A DNA stretch of 64,000 bases from a bacterium (GTDB taxonomy: Bacteria > Patescibacteriota > Minisyncoccia > JAHIHE01), in the NCBI GenBank assembly GCA_030693205.1, contig JAUYBG010000010.1, positions 2,059-66,058 on the forward strand, written 5' to 3'. Position numbers and translations under genes: made by a program. Below, piece by piece: positions 10,277-19,942 of this stretch; position 1 is the stretch's first letter, and every line of letters begins with the position of its first letter. Below the pieces are notes generated by a model. That model saw nothing but the letters and a program-made list of their open reading frames with translations, made no database searches and was not told the origin of the DNA.

Positions 10277-10669
10277 ATGACAGATCCAATAGCCGATTTA
10301 TTAACAAGAATTAGAAACGCTCAACGCGCCGGTAAAGAAAAAACCGTAATTGAGCCCGCCTCCAACATAAAACTGGATATTTTAAAGATATTCAAAAAGG
10401 AAGGGTATTTGGAGAAAATCGGCGTAAAGAGCGTTGACAATAAATCTTTTGTTGAGGTTGGCTTGAAATATGTAAACAATAAGCCCGCTTTTTCCGGCGT
10501 GGTGCGAGTGAGCCGGCCCGGGCAAAGAGTTTATGTCAAGAAAGACAAGGTGCCGTATGTGCTTCAGGGATTCGGATTGGCGATCATTTCCACCTCCAAA
10601 GGATTGATGACTGACAAAGAAGCGCGAAAACAAGGACTGGGCGGAGAATTAATTTGTAAAATTTGGTAA
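10277..10669 (+). CDS. rpsH: 30S ribosomal protein S8
   Basis: MTDPIADLLTRIRNAQ start. Confidence 0.95.
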   Translation: MTDPIADLLTRIRNAQRAGKEKTVIEPASNIKLDILKIFKKEGYLEKIGVKSVDNKSFVEVGLKYVNNKPAFSGVVRVSRPGQRVYVKKDKVPYVLQGFGLAIISTSKGLMTDKEARKQGLGGELICKIW

Positions 10670-10687
10670 AAATCTAATTAAAATATT

Positions 10688-11236
10688 ATGTCTAAAATCG
10701 GTAAAAAACCAATTATTATTCCGGATGGCGTCACGGTAAAAGTGACCGGCAAGGAAGTTCACGTAAAGGGTTCGAAAGGCGAGCTGTCTTTGATAGTTGA
10801 TGGCGCTATTAATATTGAAATGAAAGACAAAGAGATGGTTCTTTCCATCGGAGAAAGCACTAAAGAAAATAAATCAATTTGGGGAACTACCAGAATGCTG
10901 ATCGCCAATATGATAAAGGGTGTCACGGAAGGTTTTGAAAAACGCCTCGAGATCCAGGGAATTGGTTTTAAAGCGGCTTTGCAAGGCAAGAACAAGGTAA
11001 TTTTGAGTGTCGGATTTACGCACCCGGTGGAATTTACCGCGCCGGAAGGCGTGGAATTCAAACTTGAAAAGAATTTCATCATAGTTTCCGGCATTGATAA
11101 GCAAAAAGTCGGGCAGATCACGGCGGAGATAAGAGCTTCCAAGCCGCCTGAACCGTATTTGGGAAAAGGGATTCGCTATGTCGGCGAGGTTGTAAAGAGA
11201 AAAGCGGGAAAGAAAGTCGTATCAGCAGCGAAGTAA
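10688..11236 (+). CDS. rplF: 50S ribosomal protein L6
   Basis: [17 protein letters not shown] start with the two-domain L6 pattern. Confidence 0.94.
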   Translation: MSKIGKKPIIIPDGVTVKVTGKEVHVKGSKGELSLIVDGAINIEMKDKEMVLSIGESTKENKSIWGTTRMLIANMIKGVTEGFEKRLEIQGIGFKAALQGKNKVILSVGFTHPVEFTAPEGVEFKLEKNFIIVSGIDKQKVGQITAEIRASKPPEPYLGKGIRYVGEVVKRKAGKKVVSAAK

Positions 11237-11270
11237 AATTAAAATTAAAAATTTAGAATTATTTAAGAAT

Positions 11271-11669
11271 ATGTCAAAAGAAAATGTAAGTTTTAAAAAA
11301 TTGAAGAAAGACGCCCGCCATTTGAAAATAAGGGCAAAAATCAAAGGAACAGCCGAAGTTCCGAGATTGGCCGTGTTCAGAAGCAATGCTCATATTTACG
11401 CGCAATTGATCGATGACGAGAGCGGCAAGACTTTATTGAGCGTTTCGGACAAAGAAATAAAAACAGCTCGAGCTAAATCTTCCGGCAAGGACGATAAGGG
11501 TGAAAACGGCAGAAGGATCGCTGTCGCCAAGCAGGTGGGTTTATTGGCGGCCGAGAAAGCAAAAAAGGCCAAGATCGAGAAAGTTGTTTTCGACAGAGGC
11601 GGATTTAAATATCATGGAAGGATAAAATCAATTGCCGAAGGCGCCAGAGAAGGCGGAATGAAGTTCTAG
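11271..11669 (+). CDS. rplR: 50S ribosomal protein L18
   Basis: [18 protein letters not shown] core. Confidence 0.92.
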   Translation: MSKENVSFKKLKKDARHLKIRAKIKGTAEVPRLAVFRSNAHIYAQLIDDESGKTLLSVSDKEIKTARAKSSGKDDKGENGRRIAVAKQVGLLAAEKAKKAKIEKVVFDRGGFKYHGRIKSIAEGAREGGMKF

Positions 11670-11736
11670 ACGGTAATTTATCAAGTTGGATAAAGTAAAA
11701 TTTTATAAAAAAGTATTATTCATAAAAATTTCAAGA

Positions 11737-11800
11737 ATTATGATTTATGATTAAAGATTTAAGAATAATTCGTAAATCATAAATCTTAAATCGTAAATCA
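11737..11800. repeat. GATTTA/TAAATC inverted-repeat hairpin element, copy 1 of 5, in the rplR-rpsE spacer
   Basis: tgatttatgattaaagatttaag...cgtaaatcataaatcttaaatcgtaaatc. The arms are reverse complements (gatttatgattta / taaatcataaatc). Confidence 0.6.
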
Positions 11801-11806
11801 AACAAT

Positions 11807-12352
11807 ATGGTTTTTAGAGACAAAAGAGAAAAAAGCGAATATGATCAAAAACTTCTGGAAGCTAGCCGCGTGGCTCGCGTGGTTAAAGGCGGAAAGCGCT
11901 TCAGTTTCAGGGCTTTGGTGATCATCGGAAACCGGAAAGGAAAAGTTGCAGTCGGAGTCGCTAAAGGCGCTGATCTTACCGATGCTACCCAGAAATCCGT
12001 GACCAATGCCAAAAAATCGATCATTGTCGTGCCGATTACGAATGGCAGCATTCCTCATGAAGTTTATCAGAAATATGGAGCAAGTATGGTTTTGATAAAA
12101 CCGGCTCCCAAAGGAAGCGGTATTATTGCCGGCGGAGCGGTTCGCACGATTTTGGAATTAGCCGGAGTGGCAAATGCTTCCGGTAAAATACTCGGCTCTA
12201 CTAATAAGCTGAATTGCGCGCGAGCGACAATAATCGCATTGGGAAAATTTAAGTCCAATACTCGCCCTGTCAATATGCAAGCCAAGAAAATCGCGGAAGC
12301 GCCGGCAAAAGAGGCAAAAGGCGTAACGGAAGAAAAAGCTAAAAGCAAATAA
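11807..12352 (+). CDS. rpsE: 30S ribosomal protein S5
   Basis: RVARVVKGGKRFSFRALVIIGN...GAGVIAGG pattern. It is followed directly by rplO, so there is no L30 gene. Confidence 0.94.
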   Translation: MVFRDKREKSEYDQKLLEASRVARVVKGGKRFSFRALVIIGNRKGKVAVGVAKGADLTDATQKSVTNAKKSIIVVPITNGSIPHEVYQKYGASMVLIKPAPKGSGIIAGGAVRTILELAGVANASGKILGSTNKLNCARATIIALGKFKSNTRPVNMQAKKIAEAPAKEAKGVTEEKAKSK

Positions 12353-12398
12353 TAAATAATATTATAGTTAAATTTTTGAGAAAGATAAGTTAAACTTT

Positions 12399-12821
12399 AT
12401 GCAAATTCACGAACTTACATTAAGCAAAAAAAGAAAAAGAGGGCAAAGAGTCGGCCGAGGCGGCAAGCGCGGCATTTATTCAGGCCGCGGCAATAAAGGC
12501 CAAAAAGCCCGAACAAATCACCGATTGAAATTAAAGAGGATCGGCTCCGGTTTGGCGCGCCATGTGCCGAAATTAGGCGGGTTTGTCAGTCTTAGCCCCC
12601 GATCAACCGCAGTTGATATTAAGAGATTAGAGGAAAAATTTTCCAACGGCGAATTGGTCACTCCTGTTTCGCTGAAAGCCAAGGGGATCATTAAGTCCAT
12701 TAAAAACCCCGTGAAAATCGTCGGAAATACCACACTTACTAAAAAATTTACAGTTAAAGATTGTCTGACAACCGTTTCTTCTAAAAAAAGCATAGAAAAA
12801 GCCGGGGGAATAATAAAATAA
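12399..12821 (+). CDS. rplO: 50S ribosomal protein L15
   Basis: MQIHELTLSKKRKRGQRVGRGGKRG start. Confidence 0.94.
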   Translation: MQIHELTLSKKRKRGQRVGRGGKRGIYSGRGNKGQKARTNHRLKLKRIGSGLARHVPKLGGFVSLSPRSTAVDIKRLEEKFSNGELVTPVSLKAKGIIKSIKNPVKIVGNTTLTKKFTVKDCLTTVSSKKSIEKAGGIIK

Positions 12822-12827
12822 TTATCA

Positions 12828-12935
12828 ATTTTCAATTTACAATGAATTTTCAATGAAATAATTTTCAAACAAAAGGTTTAAAAATTAAAGAATTAAAAAT
12901 TTAATAAAAATTAGAAATTAGAAATTGAAAATTTA
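12828..12935. repeat. AT-rich imperfect palindrome in the rplO-secY spacer (aattttcaattt / aaattgaaaatt arms)
   Basis: Arms are reverse complements, as seen in the sequence. Confidence 0.45.
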
Positions 12936-12942
12936 AATCCAT

Positions 12943-14214
12943 ATGTTTGATAAAATTTTAAAGATTTTTCAAATAAAAGAGCTTCGCAATAAGATTCTGT
13001 ATGTCCTGGGGATAATGATCGTTTTTCGGTTGGCTTCGCATTTTCCCGTACCGGGAGTCGATACTGAAAAATTGCGGGCTTTTTTTGAGAATAACCAGCT
13101 TTTTGGCTTGCTTAATTTATTTTCCGGAGGCGGACTTTCAAGCCTTTCAATCGTAATGCTTGGAGTGGGTCCGTATATCACCAGTTCCATTATTATGCAG
13201 CTTTTGACAATGATCTTCCCTTCTTTTAAGGAAATGTATCACGAGGGTGGAGAAGCGGGAAGGCAAAAATTTAATCAATATTCAAGAATTTTGACAGTGC
13301 CGTTGGCTTTGCTCCAGGGATATGGAATGATAAAATTATTTCAGAATCAGGGAGTTCTTGATATTATGAGCAATCAGACGATGATCTATACCTTGGTTGT
13401 GATTACCGCTGGAACAATATTTTTAATGTGGCTGGGAGAATTGATCACTGAACAAGGCATTGGAAATGGCATATCTTTGATAATTTTCGCCGGAATTGTT
13501 TCGCAAATGCCGGAAACAGCGATAGGGAAGCTTACTTTAATGGACGCGAGTCAGATCCCGGGATATATAATATTCTTGGTTTTTTCGGTATTAGTTGTCG
13601 CCAGCGTCGTTTTGGCCAACGAAGCCCAGAGAAATCTTCCCGTTTCTTACGCCAAAAGGGTGCGGGGCGGAAAAATGTACGGCGGGGTGAATACTTATTT
13701 GCCGCTGAAGGTAAATTCTGCCGGAATGATCCCGATAATTTTCGCGATGTCGATAATGCTTTTTCCCGGCATGATCGGTTCTTTTTTGGTTACATCCAAA
13801 TATCCCGCGGTCGCATCCGCCGCCGTTTACATTGTTGCATTGTTTGAAAATCAAACTTTTTATGGAGCGATGTATTTTATCATGGTAGTGTTGTTCACAT
13901 TTTTCTATACGGCGGTAGTTTTCGAACCGCATACGGTCAGCGAGAATTTGCAAAAACAAGGCGGTTTTATCCCGGGGATCAGGCCGGGAAATCCGACCAA
14001 GGAATATTTATCCTACGTGATCAACAGGATCACTTTGGCCGGCGCGGTTTTCTTGGGATTGATAGCGGTTTTGCCGTTTATCGGGCAAGCGTTCACGGGG
14101 GATACCAGCTTAGTATTGGGAGGCGCGGCGGTATTGATCGTCGTTGGCGTGGTGCTTGATACGGTCCGCCAGATCGAAGCGCAGATCGTAACCAAAGATT
14201 ACGAACAGTATTAA
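12943..14214 (+). CDS. secY: Preprotein translocase subunit SecY
   Basis: 423 aa with 10 TM segments, LRNKILYVLGIMIVFRL start and a GIGNG motif region. Confidence 0.95.
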   Translation: MFDKILKIFQIKELRNKILYVLGIMIVFRLASHFPVPGVDTEKLRAFFENNQLFGLLNLFSGGGLSSLSIVMLGVGPYITSSIIMQLLTMIFPSFKEMYHEGGEAGRQKFNQYSRILTVPLALLQGYGMIKLFQNQGVLDIMSNQTMIYTLVVITAGTIFLMWLGELITEQGIGNGISLIIFAGIVSQMPETAIGKLTLMDASQIPGYIIFLVFSVLVVASVVLANEAQRNLPVSYAKRVRGGKMYGGVNTYLPLKVNSAGMIPIIFAMSIMLFPGMIGSFLVTSKYPAVASAAVYIVALFENQTFYGAMYFIMVVLFTFFYTAVVFEPHTVSENLQKQGGFIPGIRPGNPTKEYLSYVINRITLAGAVFLGLIAVLPFIGQAFTGDTSLVLGGAAVLIVVGVVLDTVRQIEAQIVTKDYEQY

Positions 14215-14305
14215 ACGCAAGTTCAATAAAACCGTAAAAATATAAAGTTTTTATCAGGTTATTTAAAATTTTAATTTTATAATCTTAGGGATTTTATAAA
14301 ATCTT

Positions 14306-14977
14306 ATGTCTCCATTTGTTATTACTATTATCGGTCCTCCGGGTTCGGGCAAGGGCACGCAAGGAAAAGTCGTTGCTCAAAAATATAATTTAAATCACAT
14401 CGGTGTTGGAGATCTCGTAAGACAGTTGATCGTTCTTGATACGCCGCTAGGCAAAAAAGCAAAAGATAATTATGATAAAGGAGTTCCCCAGCCGGATGAA
14501 ATTATTATTCAGGCTGTTAAGGAAAAAATAGAAAAAATGTCCGCGAGTCAGCGGAAAAAAGGTTTTCTTTTTGATACCTTTTTGTCTTTTAATCAGGCGA
14601 AAGCGTTCGATGAAGTTTTAAAAAATTATGATTTGCCGGGAAGTTTAGCTATTTATTTGAATATTAGCGCCGATACTGTCATTGAAAGAACCGAGAAACG
14701 GCTCATTTGTTCAAAATGCGGCGCTGTTTTTTTGTCCAAAGATCCGGCTTATAATACTGGGAAGTGTGACAAGTGCGGCGGGGATCTGATGGTCCGAAGC
14801 GATGATAAGCCCGAAGTGGTGCGTCGAAGGATTGAAGAATATAAATCAAGAATGCTGGATCTGAAAAAATATTATCAGGACAGAAAAAGGCTGATCGTCA
14901 TTAATGGCGAGCCTGCAATTGAGGAAATTCACAAGGATATTATTAAAAAGATAAATGAATTTCACAAAACCAAATAA
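14306..14977 (+). CDS. adk: Adenylate kinase with a Zn-lid type LID domain
   Basis: GPPGSGKGTQ P-loop, CSKCG...CDKCGG lid and RRRIEEY. Confidence 0.9.
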   Translation: MSPFVITIIGPPGSGKGTQGKVVAQKYNLNHIGVGDLVRQLIVLDTPLGKKAKDNYDKGVPQPDEIIIQAVKEKIEKMSASQRKKGFLFDTFLSFNQAKAFDEVLKNYDLPGSLAIYLNISADTVIERTEKRLICSKCGAVFLSKDPAYNTGKCDKCGGDLMVRSDDKPEVVRRRIEEYKSRMLDLKKYYQDRKRLIVINGEPAIEEIHKDIIKKINEFHKTK

Positions 14978-15623
14978 TTTGATCATTTTAGGCCCTTCCG
15001 GCTCGGGCAAGGGAACTCAAGCTGAACTTTTAGCGCGGAAATTTGATCTGAAAATGGTGGATGGCGGAGAATATTTAAGAAGCATTCTGGCCTCAAAAAG
15101 CGGTGCTTTTAAAAAATTGGCGGAAAAAATGAACAAAGGCAATCTGGCTCCTACTGATATAATCAGAGATTGGATAAAGAAGCAGGTTTTCGGAAAACCT
15201 ATCAGCCGCGGATTGATCTTTAGCGGACAGCCCAGGATGATCGGCGAGGCAAAACTGACATTGAAATGGTTTCGGGAAAGCAAGCGGGGAGTGCCAGTAG
15301 TGATCTTTTTAAAAGTTTCAGCGCGAGAAGTGCTGAAGCGTCTGGCAAAAAGATATATTTGCGAAAAATGCAAAAAAGTATATACTTTAAATGAATTTCC
15401 CAAGAAGCCTTGCGGAGCTTGCGGAGGAAAAATTATCAAGCGCGCCGACGATACGCCGAAATTGATACGGAACAGATTGGCATATTTTCGCGAACAGGTG
15501 GCGAAAACTTTGGAATTTTTTAAGAAAAAAGGAATTTTGATCGAGATAAACGGCGAGCAAGGAGTAGCTTTAGTAAATCGGGAAATACTAAAGAAAATTA
15601 GCGATCATTTCCGTCGTAATTAA
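14955..15623 (+). CDS. Second adenylate-kinase-family paralogue with a Zn lid, overlapping adk by 23 nt
   Basis: GPSGSGKGTQ P-loop, CEKCKKVY...CGACGG lid, and RADDTPKLIRNRLAYF. Confidence 0.85.
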   Translation: MNFTKPNNLIILGPSGSGKGTQAELLARKFDLKMVDGGEYLRSILASKSGAFKKLAEKMNKGNLAPTDIIRDWIKKQVFGKPISRGLIFSGQPRMIGEAKLTLKWFRESKRGVPVVIFLKVSAREVLKRLAKRYICEKCKKVYTLNEFPKKPCGACGGKIIKRADDTPKLIRNRLAYFREQVAKTLEFFKKKGILIEINGEQGVALVNREILKKISDHFRRN

Positions 15624-15637
15624 TTTGAAAGGTATGC

Positions 15638-15710
15638 AAGATTTATGATTAACGATTTAAGATTTATGAGTAAGGCTCGAACTATAGCCGTATTCTTAAA
15701 TCATAAATCA
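15638..15710. repeat. GATTTA/TAAATC inverted-repeat hairpin element, copy 2, in the adk2-map spacer
   Basis: aagatttatgattaacgatttaagatttatgag ... ttcttaaatcataaatca. Confidence 0.6.
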
Positions 15711-15717
15711 AAATATC

Positions 15718-16491
15718 GTGATTTATATCAAAACTCCCCAAGAGATCGCTTTGATCCGTGAAGGCGGGAAAATCCTCGCGCAAATATTGGAGGATCTGGG
15801 TCAGTCGGTAAAGCCGGGAATGAAAACAATTGAACTGGATAGGCTTGCTGAAAGCCTTGTTTTTAAATATGGCGCGGCGGCGGCTTTTAAAAATTATAAG
15901 CCCGATTTTAATCATGACGGCCAGGGTGGTTTTCCGGCGAGCGTTTGCGTGTCGGTGAATGAAGAAGTGGTGCATGGAATTCCGGGAGAACGGGTGTTGC
16001 AGGAAGGCGATATCGTGAGTTTGGATATGGGAGTTTTGTACAAAGGTTATTTTACGGATGCGGCGATCACGGTTGGCGTGGGAAAAATTTCGCCAGAGGC
16101 CCAGAAATTAATCGCGGTGACAAAAAGATCCCTGGAGCTAGCGATTGAGAAAACCAAGATTGGCAATCATTTGGGCGATATCGGTTTCGCGGTGCAATCT
16201 TACGCGGAAAAAAACGGTTTTTCAATAGTGCGGGATCTGGTGGGGCATGGAGTGGGAAAATTTATCCACGAAGAGCCGGAGATCCCTAATTTTGGCAAGC
16301 CGGGCACGGGGTTAGAAATAAAAGAGGGAATGGTTTTGGCTTTTGAGCCGATGGTAAATGTTGGCGGTTATAAAGTTAAAACTCTGGTTGATGGCTGGAC
16401 TTATACGACTTGCGATAAAAGTCTTTCGGCGCATTTCGAGCATACGGTGGCGGTGACGAAAAACGAAGCGGAAGTGCTGACGAGGCTATAA
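15718..16491 (+). CDS. map: Methionine aminopeptidase type I
   Basis: GTG start, metal-ligand context FTDAAITVGVG...HGVGKFIHEEP...FEPMVN. Confidence 0.93.
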   Translation: MIYIKTPQEIALIREGGKILAQILEDLGQSVKPGMKTIELDRLAESLVFKYGAAAAFKNYKPDFNHDGQGGFPASVCVSVNEEVVHGIPGERVLQEGDIVSLDMGVLYKGYFTDAAITVGVGKISPEAQKLIAVTKRSLELAIEKTKIGNHLGDIGFAVQSYAEKNGFSIVRDLVGHGVGKFIHEEPEIPNFGKPGTGLEIKEGMVLAFEPMVNVGGYKVKTLVDGWTYTTCDKSLSAHFEHTVAVTKNEAEVLTRL

Positions 16492-16544
16492 TTTATTGAC
16501 AAAAAACGCAACAATAGTTAAGCTATGGCTAGGAGGAATGATGA

Positions 16545-16922
16545 ATGGCTGAAAATAATGGGAATTCGGAAAGGTGTTTAGGGCCGATACCCCACACTGA
16601 AAATATTGAAAAATTAAATTCAGCAATTGTCGCGCTTAACGGATGCCGCGGTAAAAAGCTTAAAAACGCGCTTGCCAAGGTCGAGGGATTCAGCGATATT
16701 CGTGTCGCCAAAGATATTGTCGTGTACGGTATCAAGTATTGGCGAACGATTTCTTTTCTAAAAAAAGAAGGAGATTGCGTAAATATTTCGATTCCCTACG
16801 ATAATGGTTCCGGCTTGGAAAGGCCGATCGCTATTTTCAAAGACAGTATCGTCGGCATTGATACTGTTGAAGCGCTTGTCGGAAGAATTTCCGAAGAATT
16901 AACCAAAGAAAATCAAATTTAA
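16545..16922 (+). CDS. Hypothetical protein (125 aa)
   Basis: ORF with reasonable codon usage. No known motif. It lies where infA, rpmJ and rpsM would normally follow map. Confidence 0.55.
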   Translation: MAENNGNSERCLGPIPHTENIEKLNSAIVALNGCRGKKLKNALAKVEGFSDIRVAKDIVVYGIKYWRTISFLKKEGDCVNISIPYDNGSGLERPIAIFKDSIVGIDTVEALVGRISEELTKENQI

Positions 16923-17018
16923 GGGCATAAACCGCCCTTTATTTTTTTGCATTGACTTTTAGCCAAGTTATGTTTAGTATGTATTTAATCGATTGCTCTT
17001 TAAAGCAAGGAGGAAGAA

Positions 17019-17732
17019 ATGAAAAGAATATGCTTAAAGGTAAAAAGTCTGCGGTTAGTTTCCCTTAAAAGCGATTTAGGGGAAGAAAAAACAGTACGGG
17101 CGACGCTAGAACTTGGTAATGCGCTTAATATCGCGGGCGTTCAAGCCGGATACGAAAAGGAAGGCGGATCATTCCATCAAAACTTGTCTATGGCATCGCT
17201 AAGATTGATGGACACCCCCTTTCTACACAGAAAAGAGAAAGAGAAAAACACGCCGTTGCATTTGCTTGAAGAGATCATATGCGAAGCAATTTGGTTTTTC
17301 TTCAAACAAAACGAGGTGCGAATGCGCGATCTATTGGGACAGAAATTAGACGATTTCGATCTCGAAGAGTTTTTTCCGGAATGGAATGATCGCGAATTGG
17401 CAATACCGGTTGAGTTTATCAAGCTGAGTAAGTTTGATTGCCGCCACCAAAACGGAGACGTAAGCGCTGACATTCAGCTCGGGCATCACTTTATCGTTTG
17501 GGGTGTAAAAATATATGACGGAAGGGGCGTTTTTGAACTTTTTGATGAAAACATCAGAAGCAGGGAATTAAGGAAAGTCATCCGTGAAATGATAAAAAGG
17601 AATGCGGAATTGCAAGAGCACGTCAAATATCTTTCCAAGCACGGAATTAGCGATATGGGCGAAGAAGTATTTATTGACAAAACCGAAGGGTGCGATCCCA
17701 AAAGCTTGCCGCCGCCAGTAAGCTTTTGTTGA
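17019..17732 (+). CDS. Hypothetical protein (237 aa)
   Basis: ORF preceded by a GGAGGA SD and its own promoter-like TTGACT..TAGTAT. A terminator lies downstream. Confidence 0.55.
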   Translation: MKRICLKVKSLRLVSLKSDLGEEKTVRATLELGNALNIAGVQAGYEKEGGSFHQNLSMASLRLMDTPFLHRKEKEKNTPLHLLEEIICEAIWFFFKQNEVRMRDLLGQKLDDFDLEEFFPEWNDRELAIPVEFIKLSKFDCRHQNGDVSADIQLGHHFIVWGVKIYDGRGVFELFDENIRSRELRKVIREMIKRNAELQEHVKYLSKHGISDMGEEVFIDKTEGCDPKSLPPPVSFC

Positions 17733-17747
17733 AGAATTAAAATATAA

Positions 17748-17790
17748 AACCAGTTGAGCCTCAAACTCGCTGGTTATTTTTTTGTTTTTT
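17748..17790 (+). terminator. Rho-independent terminator
   Basis: AACCAG ttgagcctcaaactcg CTGGTT followed by a T-run. Confidence 0.6.
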
Positions 17791-17845
17791 TATTCTTGAT
17801 TTAATGCCAAAAATGGCATAGAATCAATTAAAGTAATAGAATTTT

Positions 17846-18049
17846 ATGATTCCTTATCAGACAAAAATTAAAAAACTTCCCGGCACAAGTTATAACGAAC
17901 CAAGTGCAAGGGAAAATCCAAATAAAAGGAATGAGACCTTTTATCGTTTTGCCGGTTTAACCAAAGATAAGGAAATATTTTACGCGCAAGTCAAGGAAGA
18001 TAAAAAGAACGGCAGAAAATATTTTATGTCTTGTTTCTCGCCCGAATAA
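17846..18049 (+). CDS. Small hypothetical ORF (67 aa)
   Basis: ORF only. A promoter-like extended -10 lies upstream. Confidence 0.25.
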   Translation: MIPYQTKIKKLPGTSYNEPSARENPNKRNETFYRFAGLTKDKEIFYAQVKEDKKNGRKYFMSCFSPE

Positions 18050-18187
18050 CCGTAATAAAAAAATCCCCCGCCCATGTGGAGTGTATAAACTCCTGGCCGA
18101 GGATCCTATAGTTAATATACTACTGACTAGGTACCTTGTCAATGGCTTGATAGCTTTCTGTGGATAAAATGCATCTTTTATAGCCCT

Positions 18188-18213
18188 GCCCGCCCTTTGG
18201 CGGGCTTGCTTTT
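18188..18213 (+). terminator. GC-rich hairpin terminator
   Basis: GCCCGCC cttt GGCGGGC followed by ttgctttt. Confidence 0.5.
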
Positions 18214-18396
18214 AGCTTAAAAAGGGCATAGAATTAATTAAAGTGAATTAAAGGATTTTGGGGGTGAGAATTTGGGGTAAATATGCATAAAAGGAGGATA
18301 AAAGCCTCTTTTTTGTATCTTTTACTCTTGCGTAAAATTTATTTTAATATACAATTACTGTAAGCGTAAATCAATAAAACAGCCTGTTCTAAAAAT

Positions 18397-18687
18397 ATGA
18401 GTTTTATAGAAATTAATATAAATAATTCTTTTAATAAAAAAGAAAATCACGAAGTGGGAAAAAGTAGTATTCCTAATAAGTTTCCGATTCTAAATCAAAA
18501 TTTTAACAAAGTGAATACTGAAACTAATTCTCTGAGTGCAGTTTCTGTTACAAACAGTGCTTCGAGCGAATTAGTTAATAATTGGTTGAAGGGTATAAAA
18601 CCATCTATTATGAGAGATGTGCTTGTTGGAGCTACCAGTGCCACAATAGGTGCGATTATTACTTATTTAATTTTAGGTATCAAATAA
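18397..18687 (+). CDS. Hypothetical tail-anchored membrane protein (96 aa), AT-rich
   Basis: C-terminal hydrophobic helix VLVGATSATIGAIITYLILGI. The region is about 28% GC. Confidence 0.45.
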   Translation: MSFIEININNSFNKKENHEVGKSSIPNKFPILNQNFNKVNTETNSLSAVSVTNSASSELVNNWLKGIKPSIMRDVLVGATSATIGAIITYLILGIK

Positions 18688-18695
18688 TTAAAAGT

Positions 18696-19388
18696 ATGAA
18701 AAAAGAAATTAAAAAAATTCAAACAGCTATTTTTTATAAAAATTTCCAACTGGGAAATACCTACGATAAATCAAAAATTCTTCTAGAATTGAGAGAAAAA
18801 GTTGGAAGTATATTTGACGGCGAACCAATAATGTTTCCTATACCATTTGGTACGCCACCAGAAATTCCGAGAATTATTTTAAATAGTAAAGATGGAATTT
18901 ATTCATGCCATGTAGCGTTAGATAGAACCTATGTTTTTTATAACGCAACCGAAAATTTAGAAAACATAGATAGAGTATTAAGTAAACAAAAGGATAATTC
19001 TTTAAAATTATTTGATTTTTTAAAATCTAAAAATTCTATTATAAATAGGGTTGGTTTTATAATAGAATTTGAAATTACGATAGATGATGAAAATGGATCT
19101 GAATATTTAAAGAAAGAATTTTTTTTAGATAGTAAATTTACAGATCCAAAAGAGTTAACATTTAGATATAATAAAGCGGATAAAACTAAAGGTGAGACAG
19201 GAATGAATAATTTAATTACAGTTTTAGGAAAAGCTGATAGAGTGGTAAAAGTACAGTTAGATATTAATAGTATTGCTGAAACAATGGATAACTCTGATTT
19301 TACAAAAGAAAATTTTACGGAAATTATTGATTATGCAATTATTAAAATCCCACCAATATTAGAAAAATTTCCAATTTTTGAATTATAA
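18696..19388 (+). CDS. Hypothetical protein (231 aa; start moved to MKKEIKK)
   Basis: The ORF-track start at 18582 overlaps the previous gene. An ATG at 18696 sits immediately after the upstream stop. Confidence 0.5.
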   Translation: MKKEIKKIQTAIFYKNFQLGNTYDKSKILLELREKVGSIFDGEPIMFPIPFGTPPEIPRIILNSKDGIYSCHVALDRTYVFYNATENLENIDRVLSKQKDNSLKLFDFLKSKNSIINRVGFIIEFEITIDDENGSEYLKKEFFLDSKFTDPKELTFRYNKADKTKGETGMNNLITVLGKADRVVKVQLDINSIAETMDNSDFTKENFTEIIDYAIIKIPPILEKFPIFEL

Positions 19389-19393
19389 ATTTT

Positions 19394-19921
19394 ATGTCTA
19401 GGAATAATAAAAATAAACTTAAGCAAATTAAATCGGTTGAGACTGCGCAGGAAAATTTAGGTTCTTCTGCCGAAACACCAAAATCAGAAATGACTACTGT
19501 ATTAGAATTAGCCTCATCGGTAAATAAACACGAAGAGAGAATTAAAAACTTGGAAAAGGATATAAATAATCCAGAATGGGTACAAAAATTAGTTCATTCA
19601 CAATTATCCCAATCTCATATTATAAAGTTTATATTAATTATTTTTTTGATAATTTTATTATTCTCAACTCTTCTTTTTTATATTTTAATAATTTTTAAAA
19701 TAAATAATTTGATTACCATTTTTGAGTATATTAAAAATGATAAAGTTTTAAATATTGATAGTAAATTAATGGATAGTTTTAATCAATTATTTTATGAAAC
19801 AAAGATAACGGTTAATTTTATTGCTTACATTTTAGGAGGTATTACGACTGTTGGTATTTTGGGAATATTATTAAAAAAATTATTAGAAAAATTTATTGAA
19901 AATCTATCTATTAAAAAGTAA
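19394..19921 (+). CDS. Hypothetical membrane protein (175 aa)
   Basis: Two hydrophobic segments. AT-rich. Confidence 0.5.
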   Translation: MSRNNKNKLKQIKSVETAQENLGSSAETPKSEMTTVLELASSVNKHEERIKNLEKDINNPEWVQKLVHSQLSQSHIIKFILIIFLIILLFSTLLFYILIIFKINNLITIFEYIKNDKVLNIDSKLMDSFNQLFYETKITVNFIAYILGGITTVGILGILLKKLLEKFIENLSIKK

Positions 19922-19942
19922 TAATTAAATAAAACAATTTTT

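Noticed and set aside
14955-15623. Treating the second adk-like gene as an assembly duplication
   Set aside because: The two copies are strongly diverged at both nucleotide and protein level and overlap in different frames, which duplicated reads would not produce.
18582-18695. The ORF-track start for the 268-aa ORF at 18582, overlapping 18397..18687
   Set aside because: The upstream part, rich in Cys/Tyr/Arg, overlaps the preceding gene in another frame. An ATG at 18696 sits directly after that gene's stop.
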